The notes under the pieces are model-generated. The model saw only the letters and a list, made by a program, of their open reading frames with translations. It made no database searches and was not told the origin of the DNA. 38,935 bases of DNA, taken from Reclinomonas americana ATCC 50394. Its lineage: Eukaryota. The position numbers and the translations under genes were made by a program. Location of the stretch: contig PS015072.1 of NCBI GenBank assembly GCA_048213135.1, forward strand, positions 157,221 through 196,155, given 5' to 3'. Below are positions 1 to 11,516 of this stretch, in pieces (the stretch's first letter is position 1; each line of letters starts with the position of its first letter).

Positions 1-29
1 CTCTCTCTCTCTCTCTGTGAAATACAAAC

Positions 30-186
30 CATTTGTGATCACAACATCGTCGTCATCACCAGCACTCCTCAACAGCAAAACATCTCTCCCGTGCGGACCA
101 AACGTTCCACGCACTTGATCAGCAACGTGCTTGACGTCGCGACGGAGAGCTTGTCGACGCCACTCCTCGCTCGACAGCACTTGCAT
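30..186 (-). CDS. First coding exon of a group II chaperonin-family protein (CCT/TCP-1 or divergent BBS10/MKKS-like); gene continues left of the window
   Basis: ATG at 186 reads MQVLSSEEWRRQALRRDVKHVADQVRGTFGPHGRDVLLLRSAGDDDDVVITN-G|GTTTGT. This matches the chaperonin N-terminal pattern T(L/F)GPxGxDxxL...VxITNDG. The phase-1 donor at 29 falls exactly at ITN-D. Confidence 0.75.
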
Positions 187-305
187 GGTCTGCAATTGTG
201 TCCTACACACACCACCTTACACAACATCCTTCCCTTTTTTGCATTCACTCATGCCCATGAGCAGACAAGTCTCTTGCATGCCCACCTCTCTGCACTTTCT
301 CTTTC

Positions 306-402
306 CCCAACAGCAAGACATCCCTCCCGTGCGTGATCAGCAACGTGCTTGACGTCGCGACGGAAAGCTTGAACATTGTCGACACCACTCCTCGCTCGAC
401 AG
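306..402 (-). pseudogene. Degenerate duplicate of the chaperonin first exon
   Basis: 335-402 repeats 117-177 (gatcagcaacgtgcttgacgtcgcgacgga...ccactcctcgctcgacag) and 306-331 repeats the GRDVLLL part. The copy carries a small insertion and has lost the TFGP-encoding segment. Confidence 0.7.
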
Positions 403-555
403 AACTCAGCACAGTTTTGTTTTGGCTCACTTTGCTTTTTGTTTTCATTCATTCATTCATAAAGACAGGTCTCACGTGTGCGCTCCGCACGCTGAAGCAG
501 AGCGCTTTTGGAAAGCCTGGCAGTGGGGCGTTAGACCACTGGCTTCACCCATTGT

Positions 556-1811
556 TCACCACCCCGGCACCCGCCGCTCCATCACCACTGCATCCTCCAA
601 CACAAAACACCGCAGCGCCACGTCCACAAGGATCCAGTCACAGTCATCCTCCCCCTCTTCCGCCGCCTCGTCGTCGAGCAATTCGTTGACGGCGTGAACG
701 GCCAGTCGTGCTGAAGCGACCTCATGCCCGGCCAGTCCACACGGCGACGACCACACTCGTATGGTCTTGTCGAGACTCCCACTGATAATGTGCTGCGCGT
801 CAGCAGAAACGGCGACACAGGTCACCCCACGAGCGTGTCCCTCCAACCGTCGCACTTCCTCGCCACTCTCGAGTGACCACACGCGCACGGTCATATCATC
901 GCTCCCACTCACGATGTGCTGGCCATCAGGGGTGATGGCGACAGCGCGCACCGAGTTCGTGTGCCCCTCCATTCGCCTCACTTCCTCGCCACTTGCCAGC
1001 GACCACACTCGCACAGTCTTGTCCTGACTGCCACTGACGATGTGCTGACCATCGGGAGTGACAGCGACAGATCGCACACAGTTTGTGTGTCCTTCCAGCA
1101 GTCGCACTTCCTCTCCACTTGCCAGCGACCATACTCGTATGGTCATGTCGCCACTCCCACTCACCGTGAGCAGACCGTCGGGAGTGACGGCGACAGACAG
1201 CACCGCTTCTGCATGTCCCTCCAATCGCTCCACCTCGTCTCCACTCGCGAGAGACCACACTCGTATGGTGCCGTCTTGGCTCCCACTCACAACGTGCTGA
1301 CTGTCAGGGGTCGTAATGGCGACTGTGCGCACCCAGTCAAACTCATCCAACTGTCTCACTTCCTCCCCACTCGCCAGAGACCACACGCGAATCGACATGT
1401 CTTGGCTGCCACTCACAACATGCCGACTATCGGGAGTGACGGCGACGGACCAGACCACAGCAGCGTGTCCTTTCAGCCGTCGCACTTCCTGCCCAGTCGC
1501 CAGCGACCACACTCGCACTGTCTTGTCAGTGCTCCCGCTCACCACATGCTGACCATCGGGAGTGACAGCCACGCTGAACACCGAGTACAGATGCCCTTCC
1601 AAGATCTGTGTTCCACAAATGCATGGTGAGACACACACANNNNNNNNNNNNNNNNNNNNNNNNNNNNNNNNNNNNNNNNNNNNNNNNNNNNNNNNNNNNN
1701 NNNNNNNNNNNNNNNNNNNNNNNNNNNNNNNNNNNNNNNNNNNNNNNNNNNNNNNACACAGAACCAAACAAATACATACACAATGCCACACACGCACACC
1801 TTTGACGACAT
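556..1811 (-). CDS. WD40 beta-propeller protein, tandem copy 1 (7 highly similar repeats plus conserved C-terminal tail, ~353 aa)
   Basis: Exon 1 1800-1811 (ATG TCG TCA AAG|GTGTGC). Phase-0 intron 1606-1799 with TG microsatellite and gap, CTCAC branch-like motif and CAG acceptor. Exon 2 556-1605 has 7 GH...VAVTPDGQHVVSGSxDxTVRVW repeats and ends in TGA. Confidence 0.9.
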
Positions 1812-1859
1812 TCCGTTCTCCGTGTAAGAGTGCAACAACAAACCAATCGAGAGGACCAT

Positions 1860-1889
1860 GTCCCACGTCGCGTCACTTCGTCTTTGTGA
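1860..1889 (-). promoter_or_regulatory. Conserved upstream element of the WD40 genes (also at 3479-3508 and 5143-5172; degenerate at 7027-7045)
   Basis: The 30-mer gtcccacgtcgcgtcacttcgtctttgtga is identical in three copies, 35-50 bp upstream of the ATG, while flanking sequence has diverged. Confidence 0.5.
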
Positions 1890-2218
1890 GACAGAGTGCC
1901 AACAAGTGTTGTTGCGTGGGGGGAGTGCACATTGCAGAATGCTGCTCAGCAGAAGGGTGTGCCCTGACGTGCTGTCGATTGTTTACTGGCATGTTTCTTG
2001 CGATGAACAAAGTCGAGTCCTGCGTTCCGAATACAAGGCAGTGAGGCCATCGACGTTCCTCTATACGACAGGATCTGGAGACTGGAACTGCGTTTACCTG
2101 TTTCACGTCGTGACTGTGCTCATTCGCTTTCTCTCAATCTCATTTCTCGAGCACACACCCCATTGGCTGCGCTATTCCTTCACATCTTGTATTCCTCCTT
2201 CACTCTTCCCCCTCCGCC

Positions 2219-3354
2219 TCACCACCCCGGCACCCGCCGCTCCATCACCTCTGCATCCTCCAACACAAAACACCGCAGCACCACATCAACGAGGATCCAG
2301 TCGCAGTCATCCTCTCCCTCCGCCTCGGCAAGCAACTCATTGACGGCCAGCACAGCAAGCCGTGCTGAAGCGACCTCACGCCCGGCCAGTACACACGGCG
2401 ATGACCACACTCGGATGACCTTGTCTCCGCCACCAGTCACAATTTGCCGACCATCAAGTGTGACGGCGACCGACAGCACCCCACGAGTATGCCCCTCCAA
2501 CCGAAGCACCTCCTCGCCACTCTCCAGCGACCACACGCGCACGGTCTTGTCCGCACTTGCACTCAGCACATGCTGACCATTGGGAGTCACAACGACAGAC
2601 AGCACCCCACGAGTGTGTCCTTCCCATCGACGCACTTCCTCGCCACTCGCCAGCAACCACACTCGCACTGAACAGTGCGAACTCCCACTCACGACGTGCT
2701 GGCCGTCGGGAGTGATAGCGACACAGTTCACCCACCCAGTGTTCCCCTCCAATCGGCGCACTTCCTCGCCACTCTCCAGCGACCACACTCGCGCGGTCTT
2801 ATCCTCACTGCCACTTACAACATGCCGGCCGTCGGGAGTGACGGCGACACACAGCACCTTTCCGGTGTCTCCCTCCAACCGTCGCACTTCCTCGCCACTC
2901 GCCAGAGACCACACCCGAATGGTGCAGTCCCAACTCGCACTCACTGCATGCTGACTGTCGGGAGTGACGGCCACACCACGCACCCAGTCAGTGTGTCCAT
3001 AAAACCGTCTCACTACGTCGCCACTCGTCAGTGACCACACGCGCACGGTCTTGTCTCCGCTGCCACTCACAACGTGCAGACCATCGGCGGTCACGGCCAC
3101 CGCGTGCACCCACTCGGAGTGTCCCTTGCACCGTCTCACTTCCTCGCCACTCGCCAGTGACCACACTCGTACGGTTTTGTCGTGACTGCCACTCACAACG
3201 TGCTGACCGTCGGGAGTGAAGGCGACGCCGGACACTGCGTGGGTGTGACCCTCCAAGATCTGAGTCACACACATGTGTGTGTGCATGGTGAGATCATGCA
3301 AACAAGCACACAATGCACACGCAGACGCACGCACACACACAAACACACAAAATC

Positions 3355-3402
<48 letters not shown>

Positions 3403-3444
3403 ACACACACACGAACACAACAGAGACGACACCTTTGCTGCCAT
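2219..3444 (-). CDS. WD40 beta-propeller protein, tandem copy 2 (~350 aa)
   Basis: Exon 1 3433-3444 (MAAK|GTGTCG), intron 3260-3432, exon 2 2219-3259 with 7 WD40 repeats and the shared tail ending ERRVPGW*. Confidence 0.9.
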
Positions 3445-3834
3445 TCTGTGCGTGTGTGTTTCGTTGCAGATCTAAAATGTCCCACGTCGCGTCACTTCGT
3501 CTTTGTGAAACCTTGAGAGACAGAGGGCAACAAGCTTCGTTGTGTTGCAGGAGTGTATGTCACCGTGTGCTGCTCAGAAGAATTCTTGGATATTTGCTTG
3601 CCGTTGGCTGACGTTGACTTGTTTCATGGCATGCTGCTGCTTGCGATGAACAAAGTCGAGTCGCAGTATGCAGTGTTGTACAAGGCATCGGGACTACGGT
3701 TGCTTCTCAGCGCGAAAGTGTCAACGACTCAAGGGAGGCTGGCGCGTCAGTCTCGTCTGCTCATTCTCTTTCTCATCTCTCTCGAGTGGTTTCATATCTT
3801 GTTTTCCTCCCTCCTTCACTCTTCCCTCTCCGAC

Positions 3835-5108
3835 TCACCATCCCGGCGCCCGCCGCTCAATCACCACTGCATCCTCCAACACAAAACACCGCAGCACCAC
3901 GTCCACAAGGATCCAGTCACAGTAATCCTCCCCCTCTTCCGCCGCGTCGGCAAGCAACTCATTGACGGCCAGCACAGCCAGTCGTGCGGCTGCGACCTCA
4001 TGCCCGGCCAGTCCACACGACGACGACCACACCCGTATGGTCTTGTCTAGACTCCCACTCACAGTTTGCAGACCATCCAATGTGACAGCGACACTGGTCA
4101 CCCCACGAGTATGCCCCTCCAGCCGTCGCACTTCCTCGCCACTATCCAGTGACCACACGCGCACGGTCCTGTCATCGCTCCCACTCACGATGTGCTGACC
4201 ATCAGGGGTGACGGCAACGGACCTCACCCACCTGGTGTGTCCCTTCATCTGTCGAACTTCCTCTCCGCGTGCCAGAGACCACACTCGCACGGTCTTGTCC
4301 TTACTGCTACTCACGACGTGCTGGCCGTCGGGGGTGACGGCGACAGATCGCACGCAGTCTGTGTGTCCTTCCAGCCGTCGCACTTCCTCTCCACTCGCCA
4401 GTGACCACACTCGCACAGTCTTGTCATCACCGCCACTCACCACATGCTGACCGCCAGGAGTGACGGTGACAGACAGCACCGCTTCTGCATGTCCCTCCAA
4501 TCGCTGCACCTCGTCTCCACTCGCCAGAGACCACACTCGTATGGTGTTGTCTTGGCTCCCACTCACAATATGCTGACTGTCGGGAGTGACAGCAACTGTG
4601 AGCACCCAGTCAGTGCGCCCCTCCAGCAGGCGCACTTCTTCTCCACTCGCCAGTGACCACACGCACACTGTGTTGTCATCACTCCCGCTCACGACATGTT
4701 GACCGTCGGGAGTGACGGCGACAGTACGCACCCATCCGCGCTGCACTGTTCGTCGCACTTCATCGCCACTCGCCAGTGACAACACTCGCAATGTGTAGCC
4801 CATGCCGCCACTCACAACTTGTTGACCGTCGAGAGTGACAGCCACGCTCAAAACCGTGTCCCCTTTGAAGATCTGTGTCGCACCCGTGCACGGTGAGACA
4901 GGCGCCAATGCCACACACACACACACACACATACACACACACACATACATACAAACGCACACACACGCACTCAACAAACAAACAAAAAACCACAATGCAC
5001 TCAAACACAAACAAACAAACACACACGCACACGCAACACACAATGCACACATGTACACACACATACACACATACACACACACGAAAAAGACGACACCTTT
5101 GCTGCCAT
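3835..5108 (-). CDS. WD40 beta-propeller protein, tandem copy 3 (~349 aa)
   Basis: Exon 1 5097-5108 (MAAK|GTGTCG), intron 4873-5096, exon 2 3835-4872. Confidence 0.9.
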
Positions 5109-5194
5109 TCTGCGCGTGTGTGTTTCGTTGCAGATCTTGAGTGTCCCACGTCGCGTCACTTCGTCTTTGTGAGACCTTGTGAGACAGAGTACAA

Positions 5195-5272
5195 CAAGCT
5201 TCGTTGTGTTGAATGAGTGTACGTCGTAGGGTGCAAGCTTCGTTGTGTTGAATGAGTGTACGTCGTAGGGTG
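5195..5272. repeat. Perfect 39-bp tandem duplication upstream of WD40 copy 3
   Basis: caagcttcgttgtgttgaatgagtgtacgtcgtagggtg occurs twice; the homologous region upstream of copy 2 has a single, diverged copy. Confidence 0.9.
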
Positions 5273-5670
5273 CTGCTCAGAAGAAGGGCGTGCATTTCCT
5301 GCCTTATGTTTGCACGCTGCGCTGATGTAGATATCGATTTGCTTCCCGGCGAATGCTCGGCGCAATGAATACAGTTGAGTCGCAGTATGCAGGCATTCGT
5401 AGAACAAGGCACTGGGACCATGAATGCTTCTAAGCGCGAAAGAGTCGACGACTGAAGGGAGGCTGGCGCTTCGTTCCTTGTTGGATACATTTCGTCTCTC
5501 AACATCGCGACCATTTCTCCTTCTCCTTCTCTCTCTCTCTCTCNNNNNNNNNNNNNNNNNNNNTACGTACGACGAACGAACGGTACGTACGACGTACGTA
5601 CGGGTAGGGTACGGTCGGTCGTCGTCGTTCCGTTCGTTCGTTACGTACTACTTACTTCTCTCTACACTAC

Positions 5671-5736
<66 letters not shown>

Positions 5737-5809
5737 GAGTACACACCACGCGTTGTTATACAGCTTTGCATCTTGTATTCCTCGCTCTTCACTCTTCCCC
5801 CTCCACAAG

Positions 5810-6873
5810 TCACCACCCCGGCACCCCTCGCTCAATCACCACAGCATCCTCCAACACAAAACACCGCAGCACGACGTCAACAAGGAACCAGTCGCAGTCA
5901 TCCTCCTCCTCCCCCGCCTCGTCGTCGAGCAGCTCATTGACGGCCTGAACGGCCAGTCGTGCTGAAGCGACCTCACGCCCGGCCAGTCCACGCGGCGACG
6001 GCCACACCCGTATGGTCCTGTCTGCATTACTGCTCACAACGTGCTGCCCGTCGCGTGTGACGGCAACGGACCTCACCGACTCACTGTATCCCTCGAATCG
6101 CCGCACTTCCTCGCCACTCTCGAGTGACCACACGCGCACGGTCATATCATCGCCTCCACTCACCACATGACGGCCATCGGCAGTGACAGCGACCGAGTTC
6201 ACTGATCCAGTGTGTCCCTCCATCCGACACACCTCTACTCCACTCGTCAGCGACCACACCGAAATGGTGCTGTCATCACTCCCGCTCACGACGTGCTGGC
6301 CGTCGGGGGTGACGGCGACGGAGAGCACCGCACCGATGTGCCCCTCCAACCGTTGCACTTCCTCCCCACTTGCCAGCGACCACACGCGCACCGTGCCGTC
6401 ATCACCGCCACTCACCACATGCTGGCTGTCAGGAGTGACAGCCACAGCATGCACCGCCCAGGCGTCTCCCTCCAGTTGTCTGATCTCCCCTCCACTCGCC
6501 AGAGACCACACTCGTATGGTTTTGTCTTGGCTCCCACTCACAACGTGCTGACCATCGGGAGTGATGGCGACGGACCACACCAACGAAGTGTGACCCACCA
6601 GCAGGCGCACTTCTTCTCCGCTCGCCAGTGACCATACCCGCACTGTCTTGTCATCACTCCCGCTCACGACGTGCTGACCGTCGGGAGTGACGGCGACCGA
6701 GTACACCCATCCATGCTGCTGTACTCGTCGCACTTCATCGCCACTCGCCAGTGACCACACTCGCCATTTGTAATCCATGCCGCCACTCACAGCGTGTTGA
6801 CCGTCGGGAGTGACAGCCACGCTGAATACCAAGTCCCCTGCGAAGAACTGCATGCATGGTGAGACACGCGCAA

Positions 6874-6913
<40 letters not shown>

Positions 6914-6950
6914 TACATACATACACACACACACACACCTCAAATGCCAT
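5810..6950 (-). CDS. WD40 beta-propeller protein, tandem copy 4 (~349 aa)
   Basis: Exon 1 6939-6950 (MAFE|GTGTGT), intron 6848-6938, exon 2 5810-6847. Confidence 0.9.
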
Positions 6951-7316
6951 CCAGGCTTTGCGTGTGCGCGTGTTTGCAAAGAAAGAGTTCGACAAAGACA
7001 AGACAAATCCTGTCGCGATCGGGGCGGTCCCTCGTCGTGTCACTTGCAGTTGTCGGTGTGAGACTGAGTATCGCTGAAGTGATGCATGTCACAGAGGAAG
7101 TGGTGACTTGTCTGTCGTGCTCAACGCAGTGAACAAAGTTCAAGCGCGCGTCTTGGCAAAGGACTTTGAATGAATAATGGATGTCATGAGACAACTTTGT
7201 ACTTTGCTTCCCCTTTCCCTATCTCCCCTCCCCTCCCTCACACAAGCACACACTGAAAAGCTCGTGTTTGATCATCATCATCGATCGCTGAATCGTACAA
7301 ATCATTGAAGAGTTAT

Positions 7317-8027
7317 TTATGAACACGCGCTTGCCTGCTCCTCCCGTTGCTGCGCCGACAACTGCATCACCTCGGCTCTCAAGGCGGCGCGCGACTGATC
7401 CGCCTGCTCGCCACCACCGCGCGCCAGCCACTCGTCATTCGAGCCGGAAAAATCAAATCCATCCACCATCGACACGGCCGCGCCCGCCTCCGGTCTGTGC
7501 TCCAGCTGCTCGCGAGACAAACGCCCCGATGCCGCTCCTGTTGACGATGAACACGCAGACGACGACGATGACACCATCAACACTTGCTCGTACTCATCGC
7601 CGTGCGACAATTGACACTGCGGGTCCCAGTACACGCGACGCCAGTGCGCCTCGTCTGCTCGCGTCATGCGCGTGGGCGTGCGCAGGGAGGTGGCGGCCGC
7701 ACGCACACGCTGGGGGACGGCCGTGATAAACACGGATGATGACGACGCCATGTCGGCCAACACTGCCTTGACGTACCGACCGAGCTGACGACGGCGTCGT
7801 CGCTCACTTGTGGGTCCGTGGCCGCGCACCACCGCCTGCTTCTTCTTCAAGTTGTTGTGGCTGCGCGAAGTCGACTCCGAAGAGTGGGTCAAGTTGGAAC
7901 GTGACCTCAAAATAGGCCGCTTGTGCATCCGCGGCAGGCGCCACATCGGGCGCGCGTAGTAGTCACCATCGTCGCTGTTGCTCACACGAGCGTCAACATA
8001 CGTGCTATGCATCGTTGAGATAGCCAT
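7317..8027 (-). CDS. Hypothetical protein (~236 aa, apparently single exon)
   Basis: Open GC-rich frame from ATG 8027 (MAISTMHSTY...) to TAA 7317, flanked by lower-GC sequence. No recognisable domain. Confidence 0.55.
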   Translation of the reverse strand: MAISTMHSTYVDARVSNSDDGDYYARPMWRLPRMHKRPILRSRSNLTHSSESTSRSHNNLKKKQAVVRGHGPTSERRRRRQLGRYVKAVLADMASSSSVFITAVPQRVRAAATSLRTPTRMTRADEAHWRRVYWDPQCQLSHGDEYEQVLMVSSSSSACSSSTGAASGRLSREQLEHRPEAGAAVSMVDGFDFSGSNDEWLARGGGEQADQSRAALRAEVMQLSAQQREEQASACS

Positions 8028-8569
8028 TGATTCAAAACACAAACACAAATGTCAGGCAGTTAACCTTTGCTCACACTTGGCGTCAAAAAACAAAACGGCT
8101 CGATGTGGGACAAACGGAGAAAAGATCTGTTTCGGAGGAAGGGAAAGTGAAGTATGAGTTAGGCGCACGGGTTTCTTTGCTGTGTGGCGCGGTCCAGAGA
8201 GTGGAAACAAGAGTCCGATGCGACGTCGGACAACTGCATGTTTGCGAAGTCGTGCATTCCGCGACAACATCAGCCGTCTTGAGGGTCGGTCCAGGCTTAT
8301 CACCGTCAACGCCAGGTAGGATAACAGCTGCAGGCGTTATATGAGGGCTTGAAGGAGACGATCGCGAATTCGAAGGAGATGAAAGCCGGGCTGGACGTCT
8401 GCGAATCAACGCCACTTGAATTCCACTTTCTCCTGCAATATACGGCGTCACTCGCGCTCCCTATTAAATCGCAAATAAGCATGGACATACACAGCATGTT
8501 GATGTTTCTTTCCTCGCTGCGCAAGTGCATTTTCCAAGGCACGACACGCTTGCGCAGGTGCTCTCCTTC

Positions 8570-8990
8570 TATTCATAGAATCCTGGAGAGCACTCCGTAG
8601 TACGCACGCTGCTTTGTTTCTAGCCAATGCAGCTGGCCTCTGGCCTTCACAATTGACGTCCCAGTGAACGCATTTGCAACTGAATTGAGAAGCGTGATGA
8701 TCCGCAATTGTAAATGCGTCTCCTTTCTTTCTATACACATGCGCTTGTTGAATGCAGTATAATGCGCACGCTGATGCACTTCTTGTGAATACTGCTGGCC
8801 TTTGGTCTTCGATATTCACGTCACAGTAAACGTTCATGACCTTTGATGATCTGCAAATGGGAATGTGGCTGCGTACTTCCTATTCACATAAGCTTGTAGA
8901 GTGCAACACAGTACGCACACTGATATGCTTTAGCCAACACTGCTGGCTTTGATGCTTCGATGTGGACGTCGCAGGACGCATGCAACTCAC
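8570..8990. repeat. Degenerate tandem repeat, 3 copies of ~150-160 bp
   Basis: Anchor gcac(g/a)ctg...(t/a)gctggc(c/t)t...acgtc at 8604, 8766 and 8915. Confidence 0.7.
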
Positions 8991-9000
8991 CAATTTCACA

Positions 9001-9527
9001 ATGCAACAGCACGCACGCCTCTCACTCTTGGGATTCGGCGTCAACATACTCGCCTTTATAGGCATGACAGCACTTCTCCACTTCTCCGGTTACCATGCCA
9101 CTGCTGGAGAAGAGGGAGAACAACAAGAGCTTGAGGACACGCGCTCTTCTTCCTTTCTTGCAATGTGGTTCTCGTGGAGTGTTCTGTGGCAAGTGTGGTG
9201 GCATGTGCAACTGTGGTCGGTGGCCATGACGCGATGGGTGTGTGTGGCGCTCATGTTGGAGTGGCTGACGAATAATGTGAGTTGGGAGATTCTGCGCGCG
9301 AAAACATGAGAAAAGAGGGGGAGGGCGGGAGGGAGGGAGAGAGAGAGAGAGAGAGAGAGGAGGGAGGGGAGAGAGAGAACGAAGGACTGCGTGGTACCGG
9401 ACCGAAGGGCGGTAGTGGTACGGTACAGCAGACATACATACATACACACACACACACCACCTACAATCGCCACTCCGAGGTCTTGNNNNNNNNNNNNNNN
9501 NNNNNGTAGTAGTAGTAGTAGTAGTAG

Positions 9528-9588
<61 letters not shown>

Positions 9589-10620
9589 CGTGAGGAGAGA
9601 GAGAGAGGGGGGAGAAGACAAGGAGGAGAAAGGAGTGATTGGTTTCAGTGATCATCTCTCTCTCTCTCTTTCTCTCTCTCCCTTCCACGCTGCTATTTCT
9701 GTGTCTCTTTGTCTTTCTCAGTTGTCTGTGCTCTTGTCTCGCCCAACTCACTGCCTTCCTCTTGAACCAACCTGACTCTCAGCTGTCTGCGATCACTCCT
9801 CCTCTTGCCTTCTTGACTCTCAGTTGTCTACCTTTGTTGCTCAACTTACTGTTCTCTCAGTGCCTTCCTCTTAGTTGTCTGCGCCGTTCCCACTTACTGC
9901 TCTTGCCTCCTCTATTTCCTCCTCTTTTGTCTCGATTTCCACACCCTGTGCTCTCTCACTCTTGCCTTCTTGACTCTCAGTTGCCTGCGCTCTCTCCTCG
10001 TCTCGCCCACTCATTCTCTCGCCCTTCTCGCCTTGTCTCACTTTCTTGTCTGTGCTCTCCTCTCCCACCTTCTATTCTCATCCTTGCCTCCTTGATTCTC
10101 AGTTGTCTGCGCTCTTGTCTCGCCCAACTCACTGTTCTCTCATTGCCTTCCTCTCAGTTGCCTGCGCTCTCCTCTCCCACTTGCTGTTCTCTCATCCTTG
10201 CCTCCTTGTCGCGCAGTTTGCTCTTGTCTTTCCCAACTTACTGTTCTCATCGTCTTCCTCTTGTCTGTGCTTTTCCTTGTCTTTTCCCCACTCGCCGCTC
10301 TTGCCTCCTCACACTCAGTTGTCTGCTCTCTCTGCTTTGTCTTTCCCCAGTCACTGCTCTCGCACCATTGCCACCGTCACTCTCAGTTGTCTGATCGCTC
10401 CACACTCGTTGCTTTCTCATCCTTGCCTCCTTGACTCTTGGTTGTCTGCTCTTACGTTTCGAACCCCACACTCCCTGCCTGCCTCCTTGATTCTCAGTTG
10501 TCTGCGCTTTTGTCTTTCCCAACTTACTGTTCTCATTGTCTTCCTCTTGACTCTCAGTTGTCTGTGCTCTCTGCTCGTCTTCCCCATGCACTGCTCTCTC
10601 ATCTTGCCTCCTTTACTCTC

Positions 10621-10666
<46 letters not shown>

Positions 10667-11446
10667 CTCCTCCTCCTCCTCCTCCTCCTCCTCCTCCCTC
10701 CCTCCCGTCCCGTCCCGTCCCGTCCCGTCCCGTCCCGTCCGTCCGTCCGTCCGTCTCGTACGTCGTACGTACCGTACGTTACCGTNNNNNNNNNNNNNNN
10801 NNNNNNNNNNNNNNNNNNNNNNNNNNNNNNNNNNNNNNNNNNNNNNNNNNNNNNNNNNNNNNNNNNNNNNNNNNNNNNNNNNNNNNNNNNNNNNNNNNNN
10901 NNNNNNNNNNNNNNNNNNNNNNNNNNNNNNNNNNNNNNNNNNNNNNNNNNNNNNNNNNNNNNNNNNNNNNNNNNNNNNNNNNNNNNNNNNNNNNNNNNNN
11001 NNNNNNNNNNNNNNNNNNNNNNNNNNNNNNNNNNNNNNNNNNNNNNNNNNNNNNNNNNNNNNNNNNNNNNNNNNNNNNNNNNNNNNNNNNNNNNNNNNNN
11101 NNNNNNNNNNNNNNNNNNNNNNNNNNNNNNNNNNNNNNNNNNNNNNNNNNNNNNNNNNNNNNNNNNNNNNNNNNNNNNNNNNNNNNNNNNNNNNNNNNNN
11201 NNNNNNNNNNNNNNNNNNNNNNNNNNNNNNNNNNNNNNNNNNNNNNNNNNNNNNNNNNNNNNNNNNNNNNNNNNNNNNNNNNNNNNNNNNNNNNNNNNNN
11301 NNNNNNNNNNNNNNNNNNNNNNNNNNNNNNNNNNNNNNNNNNNNNNNNNNNNNNNNNNNNNNNNNNNNNNNNNNNNNNNCTCTTCGTTCTTCCTTCTCTC
11401 GTCTCTACGTGTTCGTTCGTCGTCGTCTCTCTCTCGTCGTTCCCTC

Positions 11447-11516
<70 letters not shown>

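Noticed and set aside
1858-2343. MSHVASLRLCET ORFs on the + strand upstream of the WD40 copies
   Set aside because: Similarity is limited to the conserved 30-bp element; frames diverge immediately afterwards.
3835-5514. Long N-terminal extensions of the WD40 ORFs in the ORF track (e.g. 559 aa)
   Set aside because: They read through TG-microsatellite introns and promoter sequence, and are not conserved in frame between copies. The 4-codon exon model fits all four genes.
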